64,000 nt of DNA, from the IMG/VR virus record IMGVR_UViG_3300048930_000242, positions 32,001 through 96,000 of that record; one strand, written 5' to 3'. Numbering within the stretch: position 1 is the first letter of the stretch; each line of letters starts with the position of its first letter. Position numbers and translations under genes: made by a program. The notes beneath the pieces are model-generated. The model made no database searches and was not told the origin of the DNA. It saw only the letters and a program-made list of their open reading frames with translations. Below are positions 1 through 9,126 of the stretch, in pieces. Source of the DNA: a virus.

Positions 1-1060
1 GAAGAGCCTTGCCGGACTCGAGAGTCGAGACCTCGGTGTTCTTCGACTCCTGGTGACCACGAGGAATCCAGATGTCTTCAAGGACATTCTTGATCTGATA
101 CTGGTTCTGGACGAGGCCTGTCTCGGAGTTATAGATCTCCGACGAGTTATACTGCCTCATCAGGTCTTGGATGTATGTCTTGGCCTGCTGCGGACTCAGA
201 TCGCCGACGCCGATGTACCAGATTCTCCTTTCTGGAGCTCTGGCGATCGCGTAAATGATCGTTGAATCTTCCATCATCGAAAGCTGATTGAACGGCTTGA
301 TCGCATGATGGAGGGCCGAGATCACTTGGTTATAGATCGAGACCTCGCCGGAGTCCGAATAGGCGATGGCATCTTGAGAAATCTCAAAGAGTGAATCGTC
401 GGAGGTCTTGATATGAGAAGACAAGAACGAGACATTGATGCTGTTGTTTCTGGACAGCTCTTCGTCGGTCGGTCTGGAATACAGATAGACGATCTTGCTC
501 TTCGGATTGAAGAGATTTTCTTGGTGAGTTCTGGTCGGATCATGCTCGAGCTTCATCACCCGCTTGATATAGCAGGCGTCGATCTTTCTGATCTCTTTGA
601 ACCCGAGTCTGGTATTCGCATGCGGAATCAGATAGAAGAAATGGCGCCCGTCGATGAACCATTCCTTGAAGTACTCTTCGGCATTATTGTTGAACTCCAT
701 CAAGTTCAACACAGTCTCAAACTCGTCTTCAATCAGTTTCTTGATATTGTCCGAGAGATCCTTGGCCTGACGAAGGTCCAAAGAGATTGTCTTGCCGGAT
801 GTTTCGTCTTGGTCGACGGCCTCGTTCACAATGTCCGAGATACAATCCTTGACATAGGCGTCGGTTGCCATGGTCCGGTAAAGCTCAATCTGTTTCTTGT
901 CTTCTTCAAAAATAAGGCCAACAGCCGCCGAGTGATGAATGTTGCCACCTGCTGCGGTGAGCACCATATCAACTGGCTGCTGTTGGCCCTTAATTACATC
1001 ATTCGGAGAGACCGGAACTTCTTTCTTCCGGAATCCGAAATTCCAACCAAAAATCTTCAT
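1..1060 (-). CDS. gp20: Portal vertex protein (T4 gp20-like), runs off the window
   Basis: Manual translation from ATG at 1060: MKIFGWNFGF...IELYRTMATDAYVKDCISDIVNEAV, matching the gp20 'YR.MA...V...I.DIVNEA' motif; lies downstream of the tube gene. Confidence 0.9.
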   Translation of the reverse strand, partial: MKIFGWNFGFRKKEVPVSPNDVIKGQQQPVDMVLTAAGGNIHHSAAVGLIFEEDKKQIELYRTMATDAYVKDCISDIVNEAVDQDETSGKTISLDLRQAKDLSDNIKKLIEDEFETVLNLMEFNNNAEEYFKEWFIDGRHFFYLIPHANTRLGFKEIRKIDACYIKRVMKLEHDPTRTHQENLFNPKSKIVYLYSRPTDEELSRNNSINVSFLSSHIKTSDDSLFEISQDAIAYSDSGEVSIYNQVISALHHAIKPFNQLSMMEDSTIIYAIARAPERRIWYIGVGDLSPQQAKTYIQDLMRQYNSSEIYNSETGLVQNQYQIKNVLEDIWIPRGHQESKNTEVSTLESGKAL

Positions 1061-1083
1061 ATTGAATTATCTCTCAGTGGAGA

Positions 1084-1572
1084 TTACAGTTCGAAGTAGT
1101 CGTAGGCAAACGTTGCCTGTACTTCGGAGATCGCGTTGGTCGAGTCACGGTTGAGGTCGACACCAGCCACATTGGTCAGAAGCATGCCGACCAAACGGAA
1201 GGTGATGCCGGTCGAACCGTCCTTCATGATGGCTTTGACCGAACCGTCGGACTTGACTGCCGAGACGGCACCAGGACCAACGTTGCCGACCGAGCTGTTG
1301 CACTCTTCGTGCCAGTTGTAAAGGTCACGACGGATGGTCATGTCCTTGTCCAACATGACGGTCACCGACCAATCTTCGTATTCACGGTCGCCTGGGATTG
1401 GAATGGTTCGGCCCATATAAGGGACCTTCACCGCCTGGATGATAGAACCAGGAAGCGAAGCGGCCTTACAATGGAACTTCATCTTGTTTCCATTCAGACG
1501 GGTGACATTCACTTCGAATAGGTTAGGGCGGCTGAAATCAGCGAAAGACCCTTTGAAAGCGTTGACGTTCGT
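1084..1572 (-). CDS. gp19: Tail tube protein (gp19-like); start extended to ACG at 1572
   Basis: Frame is open upstream of 1512 through NVNAFKGSFADFSRPNLFEV; GRTIPIPGDREYEDWSVT motif; SD AAGGAG 8 nt before the ACG; 162 aa. Confidence 0.9.
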   Translation of the reverse strand, partial: TNVNAFKGSFADFSRPNLFEVNVTRLNGNKMKFHCKAASLPGSIIQAVKVPYMGRTIPIPGDREYEDWSVTVMLDKDMTIRRDLYNWHEECNSSVGNVGPGAVSAVKSDGSVKAIMKDGSTGITFRLVGMLLTNVAGVDLNRDSTNAISEVQATFAYDYFEL

Positions 1573-1592
1573 GACACATTCTCCTTATTTAG

Positions 1593-1600
1593 TATAGATA
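1593..1600 (+). promoter_or_regulatory. Putative late promoter TATAGATA for the HNH gene
   Basis: One mismatch from T4 late TATAAATA; 27 nt before ATG 1628. Confidence 0.55.
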
Positions 1601-1627
1601 AATTGATTCAAAGGACACGAGGCCACC

Positions 1628-2293
1628 ATGAATTACAAAAGTATCTATAACAAGTTAATCACTAAATTTGCACATCACAGCAAAGAATCTGCTAGAAGCG
1701 CGTATGGCTATTCTGAAGCGCATCATGTCATTCCGAAGTGTGTTGGTGGAACAGATGACGAATCAAACATAGTTCATCTGCCGGCGAAAGCTCATTTCAT
1801 CGCTCATTATCTTCTTGTAAAACTATACCCAGATTCTCAAGGACTATGGGGAGCCTTTAATCTGATGTCCGGCCAAAGTTCAAAGCAGCATCAAAGAGAC
1901 TATTATGTGAGTGCCAGAGTCTATGAACTTTGCAAGAAAAATCTCAGTAGACTAGGACTATCTGAAGATGCTAAAAAGAAAATTTCTGCGACTCTAACTG
2001 GCAGGAAAATCTCAGAAGAACACAAGCGAAATATGATAGCTGCTCGTATTGGAACAAAGCGATCAGAAGAAACTAAACAACGTATGAGAGAAGCTCATAA
2101 AAGAAGAGCTGAACATTATGTTGTTTCTGAAGAGACTAGATCTAAAATGAGAGCTAAAAAAGTTGGAAAGAATCTTACTGAAGAGCAAAGAGCAAAAATC
2201 GGAGTTGGAAACAAAGGAAAAACCGTAACTGAAGAGACTAAACAAAAAATGAGAGAAGCTTGGAAAAGAAGAAAGGTTCACTCATATAAGTGA
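1628..2293 (+). mobile_element. Free-standing HNH homing endonuclease (MobE-like) with NUMOD3-type repeats
   Basis: EAHHVIPKCVGGTDDESNIVHL..KAHFIAHYLL; repeated 'SEETKQRMREA' C-terminal motifs; AT-rich; opposite strand to its neighbours. Confidence 0.9.
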
Positions 2294-2300
2294 ACCTTTC
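2271..2300. terminator. 12-bp-stem hairpin between convergent genes
   Basis: GAAAGGTTCACT-CATATA-AGTGAACCTTTC. Confidence 0.6.
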
Positions 2301-2305
2301 CAGTA

Positions 2306-2899
2306 TCAAAGATCCATCCGAATAGAAACTTCGGCGGTTGGCTTACTCTTTCTGATGGCTGCTGCATAGGCGGTCGCTCTGTTACCAGGAAGACCGCTCT
2401 TTACTGCCTTCTTTCCAATGTACACCGAGTAGGTTGCGGTGCGGAAATCAATCGGCTTCGGATCTTCTTCACCTTCATCTGACGCTCCGCCCATTCGGTT
2501 TCCAAATCCGTCGTAGTACTTCTGGTCGCTGTAGCTGCCAGCTTCTTTCTTCGAGAAAGTAGGCTTCAGGACAATGTGAACCTTGCCACCATTGCTATCG
2601 CCTTCATCGCTTCTGCTCGAGATCAGATCAAAGGTGATTCCGTAGTTCTCTCTGAAGTACTTGGCATAATGACCAGTGGTCCATGCCTTCTCCAGAGTGT
2701 CGATGGCCCTTTGGCTTCCGTAGAAGTAGGAGTCAGAAATCTCGAGATTCTGGCCTACAGCCTTTGCGCCACCGTTTCCGCCGGACTTGCTAAAGCCCAT
2801 GTCTGGGCTTTGGAGAAACCGAATGAGCTCCCTGAGATTAGAAATAGAAGCTGGTTCCGCTTCGACGGCGAGTGAGAATGCTTCTTCAATTAGTTTCAT
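2306..2899 (-). CDS. Putative internal head protein (MKLIEEAF leader)
   Basis: 197 aa; leader shared with the two adjacent ORFs. Confidence 0.6.
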   Translation of the reverse strand: MKLIEEAFSLAVEAEPASISNLRELIRFLQSPDMGFSKSGGNGGAKAVGQNLEISDSYFYGSQRAIDTLEKAWTTGHYAKYFRENYGITFDLISSRSDEGDSNGGKVHIVLKPTFSKKEAGSYSDQKYYDGFGNRMGGASDEGEEDPKPIDFRTATYSVYIGKKAVKSGLPGNRATAYAAAIRKSKPTAEVSIRMDL

Positions 2900-3168
2900 T
2901 TTGCGCCCTTCTTATCCAAACTTCCGTCGTTAAACACTCGAAGATCGAATTCATTACAGAGTTCGTTAATGTGTTCGATTAACTCGTCTTTGTCATTGGT
3001 CTTTGGAGCTGACCAAGACGAATCAATTCCGTGTTGCTTAACAGCGGCCGCAATGATAGATTTCAATTTAGCAACAGAAAATTTCTCAAGTGTGTCTACC
3101 GGGTCAGATGATTGTTGTTTCTCTGATACCAAACTCAATAGAGTGAATGCTTCTTCGATTAGTTTCAT
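2896..3168 (-). CDS. Putative internal head protein (MKLIEEAF leader)
   Basis: 90 aa; ATGA overlap with the next gene. Confidence 0.6.
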   Translation of the reverse strand: MKLIEEAFTLLSLVSEKQQSSDPVDTLEKFSVAKLKSIIAAAVKQHGIDSSWSAPKTNDKDELIEHINELCNEFDLRVFNDGSLDKKGAK

Positions 3169-3190
3169 TTTGGGCCTTCTTAATAGATCG

Positions 3191-3436
3191 TTAAAGCGGA
3201 GATTTGATTCCGTGCTTCTTTATGAAGTCGTTGGCGAAATTTGTCGCTTTTTCACTAGAATCAAATCTACCAAGCTCAAAGCTTTTCTTTGCTCCGCCTT
3301 TAATGTTCGTCGGATTTTTGTATACCACGACATACTTATCAGGAGCGAGAGCGGCAAAAACTGAAACCGAAACACTTCCATCCGGCGAGATTTTCGCTTC
3401 TTCAACCAGTTTGAATGCTTCTTCGATCAGTCTCAT
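3191..3436 (-). CDS. Putative internal head protein (MRLIEEAF leader)
   Basis: 81 aa; shared leader. Confidence 0.6.
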   Translation of the reverse strand: MRLIEEAFKLVEEAKISPDGSVSVSVFAALAPDKYVVVYKNPTNIKGGAKKSFELGRFDSSEKATNFANDFIKKHGIKSPL

Positions 3437-3450
3437 ATTACCCCCATAGT

Positions 3451-3490
3451 TGAAGGGGAGGATTTCTCCTCCCCTTCATTTTCTTCTTTT
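3451..3490. terminator. Strong hairpin after the sheath gene; U-tract on the + strand
   Basis: TGAAGGGGAGGA-TTTC-TCCTCCCCTTCA followed by TTTTTCTTCTTTT. Confidence 0.7.
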
Positions 3491-6056
3491 AGATTTCTGA
3501 GACCGCCTTTGGAACCAACTCTTCGAAGATCGCTCCGGTCTTTGTTGCGGCGAAGACCAGTTCGATGAAGTTGATCGAGCGGTTTGGACGGATCAAGATC
3601 AGAGCCTTGAATTCCTGGCGATCGATAACCTCTGGAGTGTTGACTCTCTCGTCGGCGACAACCAAGAAGCCTGGGCGGCCTGGCTTGTCGGTCTGGATAC
3701 CACGGCGACCCTGAACATCTCGGAGGAACGGAGTTACCATCGAGACGAACTGAGCCTGTGTGGTCTCATCGTTGAATTCGAAGAGCAAGTACTTGGAAGC
3801 AGTAGCAATTGCCTTTTCGATGACGATGAACAGACGACGAACGTTCACTGCGCGGAAAGCCGATGGACGAAGGAGTGTGGTGCGGTCACCAAAGAGGAGA
3901 GCGCCTTCACCCTTGGTCATGACGACCGGGTTGATCGAGTAGGTGTAGAGTTCGTCACGCTGAGCCTTACCTGGGTTGAAGGCAAGACGAGTAACGTTCT
4001 TCACCGCACCGCGATTGTAACCAGCGAACGACCACCATGGATCGGCGATGTTGTCGGTAGCAGCAGCAAGACCAGCCATGTCACCGTTAAGTGGAAGCCA
4101 GCGGTACTTGTCATTGAACTGGTCGAACTGATACTTGTAGTTACCATCGAAGAATCCGTACGAGCTGTTCACATTGATATTGTCGGTGCCGTTTCCGGTG
4201 CGACGAGTGACCAGGTTCGAGACCGGATTGATTGCGTTCACGACGTCAGCCTGGTGAGGCGAGACGAAGGCGACGCAGTCCATACGGGTAGTTGCGATGT
4301 TCTCGATGACGAACTTCGAGACGGTTCCAGAAGCGCCTGCAAGCATCAACAGGTTGATGTCGAGCTCTTCTGCATCCTGGAAGACGTTGGTCCAGACCTG
4401 GATGTAGTCGTCGGCCGTTGGAGCATCACCGTCAAGACCACCAGCAAGATCAAATGGAGTGTCGCCAAAGTTCTGCGAGTAGAGCTCGGTGACTCCGGAG
4501 GTGAATCCTTCCAGGACCTTCTCATCGTTGAAATAGACGTACTTCGAGAAACTTGCAATGGAGGTTCCAATGTAGTTTGGCTGGTTGTTGGAGTCTACTC
4601 GACCGCGAACAGCGTCGACCACGAAGGTCTCAACGATGATGTCATCAAGGAAGACAACGACAGCAACCTCGTCGCGCTGACCGGCAGTGGACTCAGGACG
4701 GAACTGGAAGAGATTCTTGTAGTTCCAGTTTTCCCAAGTGGATTCCCAAGGACCGCGGTTGGTCCAGGTCACCGTTCCGTCAGTGATGGTGTCACCAACT
4801 TCTGGTGCCAAAGACCAATCTGGTTCTGCTCCAAGGCCGGATGCTCCGTCAAGGACAAGGACAACTGGTCCGACATCATGGGTGATTGGAGTGGTTCCAG
4901 AAGTAGGCCAGACCGGCTCGGTGGCACCGGCAAGAGTTCCACCAGTGACAACGCGGTAGCGGTAGCCGTTGGAAACTGACGGAGTAACGAAGTCGCCAGC
5001 TACGAGAGCGGTAAGACCTGTGCTCCATGGATCAGTCTGAGCGGTGGTTCCACCGGTGGTTGCTTCGAAGCGGTATGGATTTGCGACTTCGTCGGTTGGC
5101 TTGCGGTACACGCCAGTTGCCACAGCGGCATTTGCAGCCCAATCGGTTGGAGTGTAGGTACGACCGTCGCGGTATGCAACAGAGATTCTGTTACCAAACG
5201 CGCCAGGGTACTTGCCAATCCAGTCAGCGGACATCTGAGTCTCTCGAGTTCCCTCAAGATTCTCCCAGTCAAGCGCATTCTTCACAACCTTCGAAGACTC
5301 ATTGTCGGTTTCGTTACCGGAGCCATCAGCGATGTAGTAGGCGTTAGTTGGGCGACCGTTGATTGGACCGACGTTCTCCCAAGTGATGTCTCCGTCGGTG
5401 ATCACCGAACCAAGAGCAGTAGCATTACCCCAGTTTGGACCAGCTCCGAGCTCTTCGATTCCATCAAGAACCAAAGTAGCTGCGCCGGAAGTGATTGGAG
5501 TGGTTCCAGAAGTTGGCCAGGTTGGCTCAGGACCAACTGTCAAACCACCGACGGTAACCTTATAGCGGTAGCCATTTGGAACGGTTGGGATGACATAGTC
5601 ACCGGCGACCAAAGTGGTAACCGACCAGACGTTAACCGAGGCGTTCGCTGTCTGATAAGGAGCCGAGCCGCTGAGCGCATATGCCTTGTAACGGAATGGG
5701 AAAGCGGCCTGAGCGTCAGCAACCGGAAGAATGATGTCCCCGACGGCCTTGGTAGAAGCTGGAATCCAAGTAGTGGTATAGACACCAGGGCCGGAAGTGT
5801 TCGCTACACGAGCGACACGGATCGAAGTGGTGTACTGCAAGAAGTTCCAAACAGTGAACCAGTCTTTCGCGTTACGATCGTCTGGCAGACCATACTGGAG
5901 TTGGAAATCATCAACTCGGCCGATCAGAACAGCTTCGCCGATAGGACCCCACTGTGTATCAATTACGGTTGCGCCGATTGAAGTAGCAACAGCCGGAATG
6001 AACAGGCTGAAGTCTTTTTCAATCACATTTACGACAGGCGACAAATAAAATGGCAT
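3489..6056 (-). CDS. gp18: Contractile tail sheath protein with inserted repeat modules
   Basis: SPVVNVIEKD, WGP, KYPGAFGN, PWWSFAGYNRG, GDRT, NVRRLFIVIEKAI, PNRSINFI motifs. Confidence 0.97.
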   Translation of the reverse strand: MPFYLSPVVNVIEKDFSLFIPAVATSIGATVIDTQWGPIGEAVLIGRVDDFQLQYGLPDDRNAKDWFTVWNFLQYTTSIRVARVANTSGPGVYTTTWIPASTKAVGDIILPVADAQAAFPFRYKAYALSGSAPYQTANASVNVWSVTTLVAGDYVIPTVPNGYRYKVTVGGLTVGPEPTWPTSGTTPITSGAATLVLDGIEELGAGPNWGNATALGSVITDGDITWENVGPINGRPTNAYYIADGSGNETDNESSKVVKNALDWENLEGTRETQMSADWIGKYPGAFGNRISVAYRDGRTYTPTDWAANAAVATGVYRKPTDEVANPYRFEATTGGTTAQTDPWSTGLTALVAGDFVTPSVSNGYRYRVVTGGTLAGATEPVWPTSGTTPITHDVGPVVLVLDGASGLGAEPDWSLAPEVGDTITDGTVTWTNRGPWESTWENWNYKNLFQFRPESTAGQRDEVAVVVFLDDIIVETFVVDAVRGRVDSNNQPNYIGTSIASFSKYVYFNDEKVLEGFTSGVTELYSQNFGDTPFDLAGGLDGDAPTADDYIQVWTNVFQDAEELDINLLMLAGASGTVSKFVIENIATTRMDCVAFVSPHQADVVNAINPVSNLVTRRTGNGTDNINVNSSYGFFDGNYKYQFDQFNDKYRWLPLNGDMAGLAAATDNIADPWWSFAGYNRGAVKNVTRLAFNPGKAQRDELYTYSINPVVMTKGEGALLFGDRTTLLRPSAFRAVNVRRLFIVIEKAIATASKYLLFEFNDETTQAQFVSMVTPFLRDVQGRRGIQTDKPGRPGFLVVADERVNTPEVIDRQEFKALILIRPNRSINFIELVFAATKTGAIFEELVPKAVSEI

Positions 6057-6094
6057 GGATTTCTTCCTCGTTCTTGTATGGCAAATCTATGAGT

Positions 6095-6102
6095 TATCTA
6101 TT
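6095..6102 (-). promoter_or_regulatory. Putative late promoter AATAGATA for the sheath gene
   Basis: Recurrent motif upstream of late genes. Confidence 0.6.
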
Positions 6103-6133
6103 CACTCAACCAAAGAAAGACTGATTTGAAAGT

Positions 6134-7837
6134 CTATCCTTTGGCAAACCATTCTCTTTCGTGTCTTTCGAGATATTCGACGCCTCTTGGTCTGACGGAG
6201 AAAGTCTCTGAGATCGAAATCATTCCGCCGGTACTTGGTCTTGTTGAGATGATAGGGACGTGGATTTCTGATAGTGCTTTCGCAATGTCCGACCTATCGG
6301 ACACCGACTCTTTGAACATCTCAAGGAGGCTCTTGGTCTCAAAGGCATTTTCAAAGTGCTTTGTTCCGAAAATGAATGAGAGATTGACGAGCGGCATCAC
6401 CAGGTCATCATGGTAACCATCTTCGGCCTTGAAAGTACCTTCTTTCTCGGCGACTTCCGGCGGCCGTACAAAATGCTTCAGTTCCTCAATAGTTCTGGCG
6501 CATTTCAACTTAAACTTGCCCTTCTCGAGGAACAGTTTGAAGTTGATGCACCCGATTCTCTTTGTTCTCTTATTGACTCGAAGTCCGTAATCTCTGGACT
6601 TGTCGGCCGATGGTCTGGCCGGATCGATCTCTTGGCGAGTTCGAATCACCTTCTCGTATTCAAGATCGATTTTGAGGTATCTAACGACTTGTCGGCCAAC
6701 ATCGTTTGCCTCAACAAGGATTGGAGCGGTGTTGTAGTATGTGCCGATTCGGTAAAGAGTAGAGGCGAAGGTGATTGGGTCCATTCGGTTATCTTGGAAT
6801 GAAGCGACCTCTTCGAGCATTCCGTTCTTCATGTCAGTCAATTTGAACACATGGAACGTGGAATGGTCTTGAGCCAGGCCTTCGGAGACGTCGGCCGTGA
6901 TGCAGTAGTTCTGGTCCTTGATCGGAGCCTCGAAGACCCAGAGGCCCTCAGCAATCTCGATCGGATCTTCGGCCTTCAAAGTGGTCAGTGTGCCTGGGTT
7001 GATCAACGAGTAAGATGACCCGATGAACGAGCATTCCATTTCCTGAGCGAATTGCTCAACGGTCATCTTGCCAAGGGTGATCTTCTTCCATTCCTCATCT
7101 CGGTTTGGATGGAGTTCCCATGTCGCATCCGAGATCACGAAGCCATTGGCCGGAGAACCGACATAGAACTCGTAGAAGTGATTCAAGCCCTTCGGAGTCG
7201 AGACGAAGATCATCTGGGTCGTGTCACCGGACGTCAAAGTCGGATAGGACGAGAGGTAGAACTGGTCCCAGAGCTTCTTCGGAATGTGCGCGACTTCGTC
7301 GATGAATAGAATGTTGACCGACTTACCACGAATAGCTGATGGAGTGGTAGCCGAGGCCAGGATTCTCGAGCCATTCTCGAGACCGATCGACTTGACATTC
7401 CATCTCTTAACACCTTGCTGGAGCCAGATCGGAACCGACTCGTACATTTCCTTCACACGGTAAAGGATTTCGAAGGCGATTTCGGCCTTGTTGGCCATAA
7501 TCGAGATGAACTTCTTCTTGTTGAAGATCATGTACCAGACGAAATAGGCGGCGCATGTGGTCGACTTACCCATCTGTCGAGCCCACCGCGCGAGCACGAA
7601 TCGATTTTGGTGGATGGTTTCGATGAAGCCTTTCTGATACTCGTAGAGTTCGAATGGAACTTCACCGTGGTCGAGCGAGATGACCTTCAGATACTTCGTG
7701 ATGAAGTAGATCGGATCATTGGCGCAGAGCACGTATTCAACGGCTTGGTCCACAGTCATCTGAATCTTAACCCCAACCTGCTTAAGGTTAGGGTTATTCA
7801 TGAAGCTGTCGGATTCGTTAATTTCCCTGGATGACAT
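6134..7837 (-). CDS. gp17: Terminase large subunit
   Basis: RQMGKST Walker A, LENGS, IRGKSVNILFIDEVA, STPKG, HDDLVM. Confidence 0.97.
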   Translation of the reverse strand: MSSREINESDSFMNNPNLKQVGVKIQMTVDQAVEYVLCANDPIYFITKYLKVISLDHGEVPFELYEYQKGFIETIHQNRFVLARWARQMGKSTTCAAYFVWYMIFNKKKFISIMANKAEIAFEILYRVKEMYESVPIWLQQGVKRWNVKSIGLENGSRILASATTPSAIRGKSVNILFIDEVAHIPKKLWDQFYLSSYPTLTSGDTTQMIFVSTPKGLNHFYEFYVGSPANGFVISDATWELHPNRDEEWKKITLGKMTVEQFAQEMECSFIGSSYSLINPGTLTTLKAEDPIEIAEGLWVFEAPIKDQNYCITADVSEGLAQDHSTFHVFKLTDMKNGMLEEVASFQDNRMDPITFASTLYRIGTYYNTAPILVEANDVGRQVVRYLKIDLEYEKVIRTRQEIDPARPSADKSRDYGLRVNKRTKRIGCINFKLFLEKGKFKLKCARTIEELKHFVRPPEVAEKEGTFKAEDGYHDDLVMPLVNLSFIFGTKHFENAFETKSLLEMFKESVSDRSDIAKALSEIHVPIISTRPSTGGMISISETFSVRPRGVEYLERHEREWFAKG

Positions 7838-8360
7838 CGGACTTAATCTTGCCCATCTTTCGGAGCACTTCGATCATGTCTTCGGTAGTGCCGGTCATGA
7901 AGATATTGTCACCGCTCTTCTGTTCCACAACGGTCGGCTCTTCGTTCTTCTTCTCAGGATTTGGTCTCTCTTTCGAGGCCCTGGCCGCAGCACGGTGAAT
8001 CTCAATGAGACTCTTATTGCCGGCCGTGAGCTGGGCCATCAAAGAGGCGACGGCCGAGAATCCTTCTGGATTGCCGCTCGCAATAGCCGCCGAGATCGCT
8101 TCTTGGAGCGCTTGCCCGGCCGATTCGATGATCATCTGTTGGCTCTTTCTGGCGAATGTGAAGTCGTCTAGGAGGTCTTGCTCCTCGATTGGCTTCGCTT
8201 TCTCAAGAGCGGCCGCGACCGGAACGGCCTTCGGGTCATAGGTAGAAACAGAAAGACTTGTTGATTCACCGTCTTCGGTATCGATCGGAGCTGCGTCCTT
8301 CGATGATGGTGAACCAATTGCCGAGCTGATCTGATCAAACACGACTCTTGGATTTGACAT
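7818..8360 (-). CDS. gp16: Terminase small subunit
   Basis: DDFTFAR helical core, IFMTGTT C-terminus; overlaps the gp17 start. Confidence 0.8.
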   Translation of the reverse strand: MSNPRVVFDQISSAIGSPSSKDAAPIDTEDGESTSLSVSTYDPKAVPVAAALEKAKPIEEQDLLDDFTFARKSQQMIIESAGQALQEAISAAIASGNPEGFSAVASLMAQLTAGNKSLIEIHRAAARASKERPNPEKKNEEPTVVEQKSGDNIFMTGTTEDMIEVLRKMGKIKSDVIQGN

Positions 8361-8361
8361 G

Positions 8362-9126
8362 TTATACGTCGATCTCTATTTGAACGTAGGAGTTGTTCTT
8401 GTCGCTCAATTCACCCGGATTTGCCCCGACGGTGATTGTCTCAAGGTCATAACGATAGTCGGTCAGAGGATTATCGATGTCGGCAATCACCTTGGTGATG
8501 ACCTTCTGCTTCTTGACCGGTGGGTAAAGCCAACCGGAGACTTCAAATGAGAAGTCCATTGTGATGGTTCGGCGCTTCGAGAATCCTTCCTCGAACGAGT
8601 CGGCCATTGTCGGAGACGAAGCCAGCGCGATTTCGATGTCGCTCCAGTGATCCAGCTCTGGAATCTCCAAGACCTTGAGATTCACGGTCGGAGAGAAGAA
8701 TGGCAGAAACTGCTCAGTGATCTGAAGGATGTCGTCCATATTCTTGGAGTAGATCGTCAGATCAAAGTTGAACTTCCATGGAACCTGCATCAGAGCGACC
8801 GATCTGACCTTTCCACCGGCTTCGTCTTCCACCACTTCATCGTATCGAAGCTGGTTAAGGCGGTTCAACGCTCTGGAAGCATCGTATGAGCCGGAATTAA
8901 ACACGAATCCCATTCTCGGAACTGGCAGAGAGGATTGATTCTCCGGGCCATCTTCAAGGCGATAATACCAATGGCTCTTGGCTCCATAACCGACAGGCAC
9001 TGAATAGATCTTACCGGAAGGACCATCATCCTTCCGGAAGATCTTCAATCCATTGAACACAGTCCCAAAGGCAACCACCAGTTTCCTGATGGTGCCATGG
9101 GAATAGTGCTGCCGCTCAAAGTTCAT
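8362..9126 (-). CDS. gp15: Tail sheath stabiliser/terminator
   Basis: TIRKLVVAFGTVFN, VPVGYG, PRMGF, QITEQFLPFFSP. Confidence 0.93.
   Translation of the reverse strand: MNFERQHYSHGTIRKLVVAFGTVFNGLKIFRKDDGPSGKIYSVPVGYGAKSHWYYRLEDGPENQSSLPVPRMGFVFNSGSYDASRALNRLNQLRYDEVVEDEAGGKVRSVALMQVPWKFNFDLTIYSKNMDDILQITEQFLPFFSPTVNLKVLEIPELDHWSDIEIALASSPTMADSFEEGFSKRRTITMDFSFEVSGWLYPPVKKQKVITKVIADIDNPLTDYRYDLETITVGANPGELSDKNNSYVQIEIDV

Noticed and set aside
413-1099. 228-aa + strand ORF and many similar long antisense ORFs (e.g. 21466-22668, 47009-48070, 54994-56013, 60998-61903)
   Set aside because: Shadows of real genes on the opposite strand caused by codon bias; no motifs or RBS
1573-2300. Group I intron in gp19 hosting the HNH
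   Set aside because: The HNH is antisense, there is no room for an intron core and no upstream exon; gp19 is full length from 1572
6134-7837. Intein or intron in the terminase
   Set aside because: Normal length with contiguous motifs
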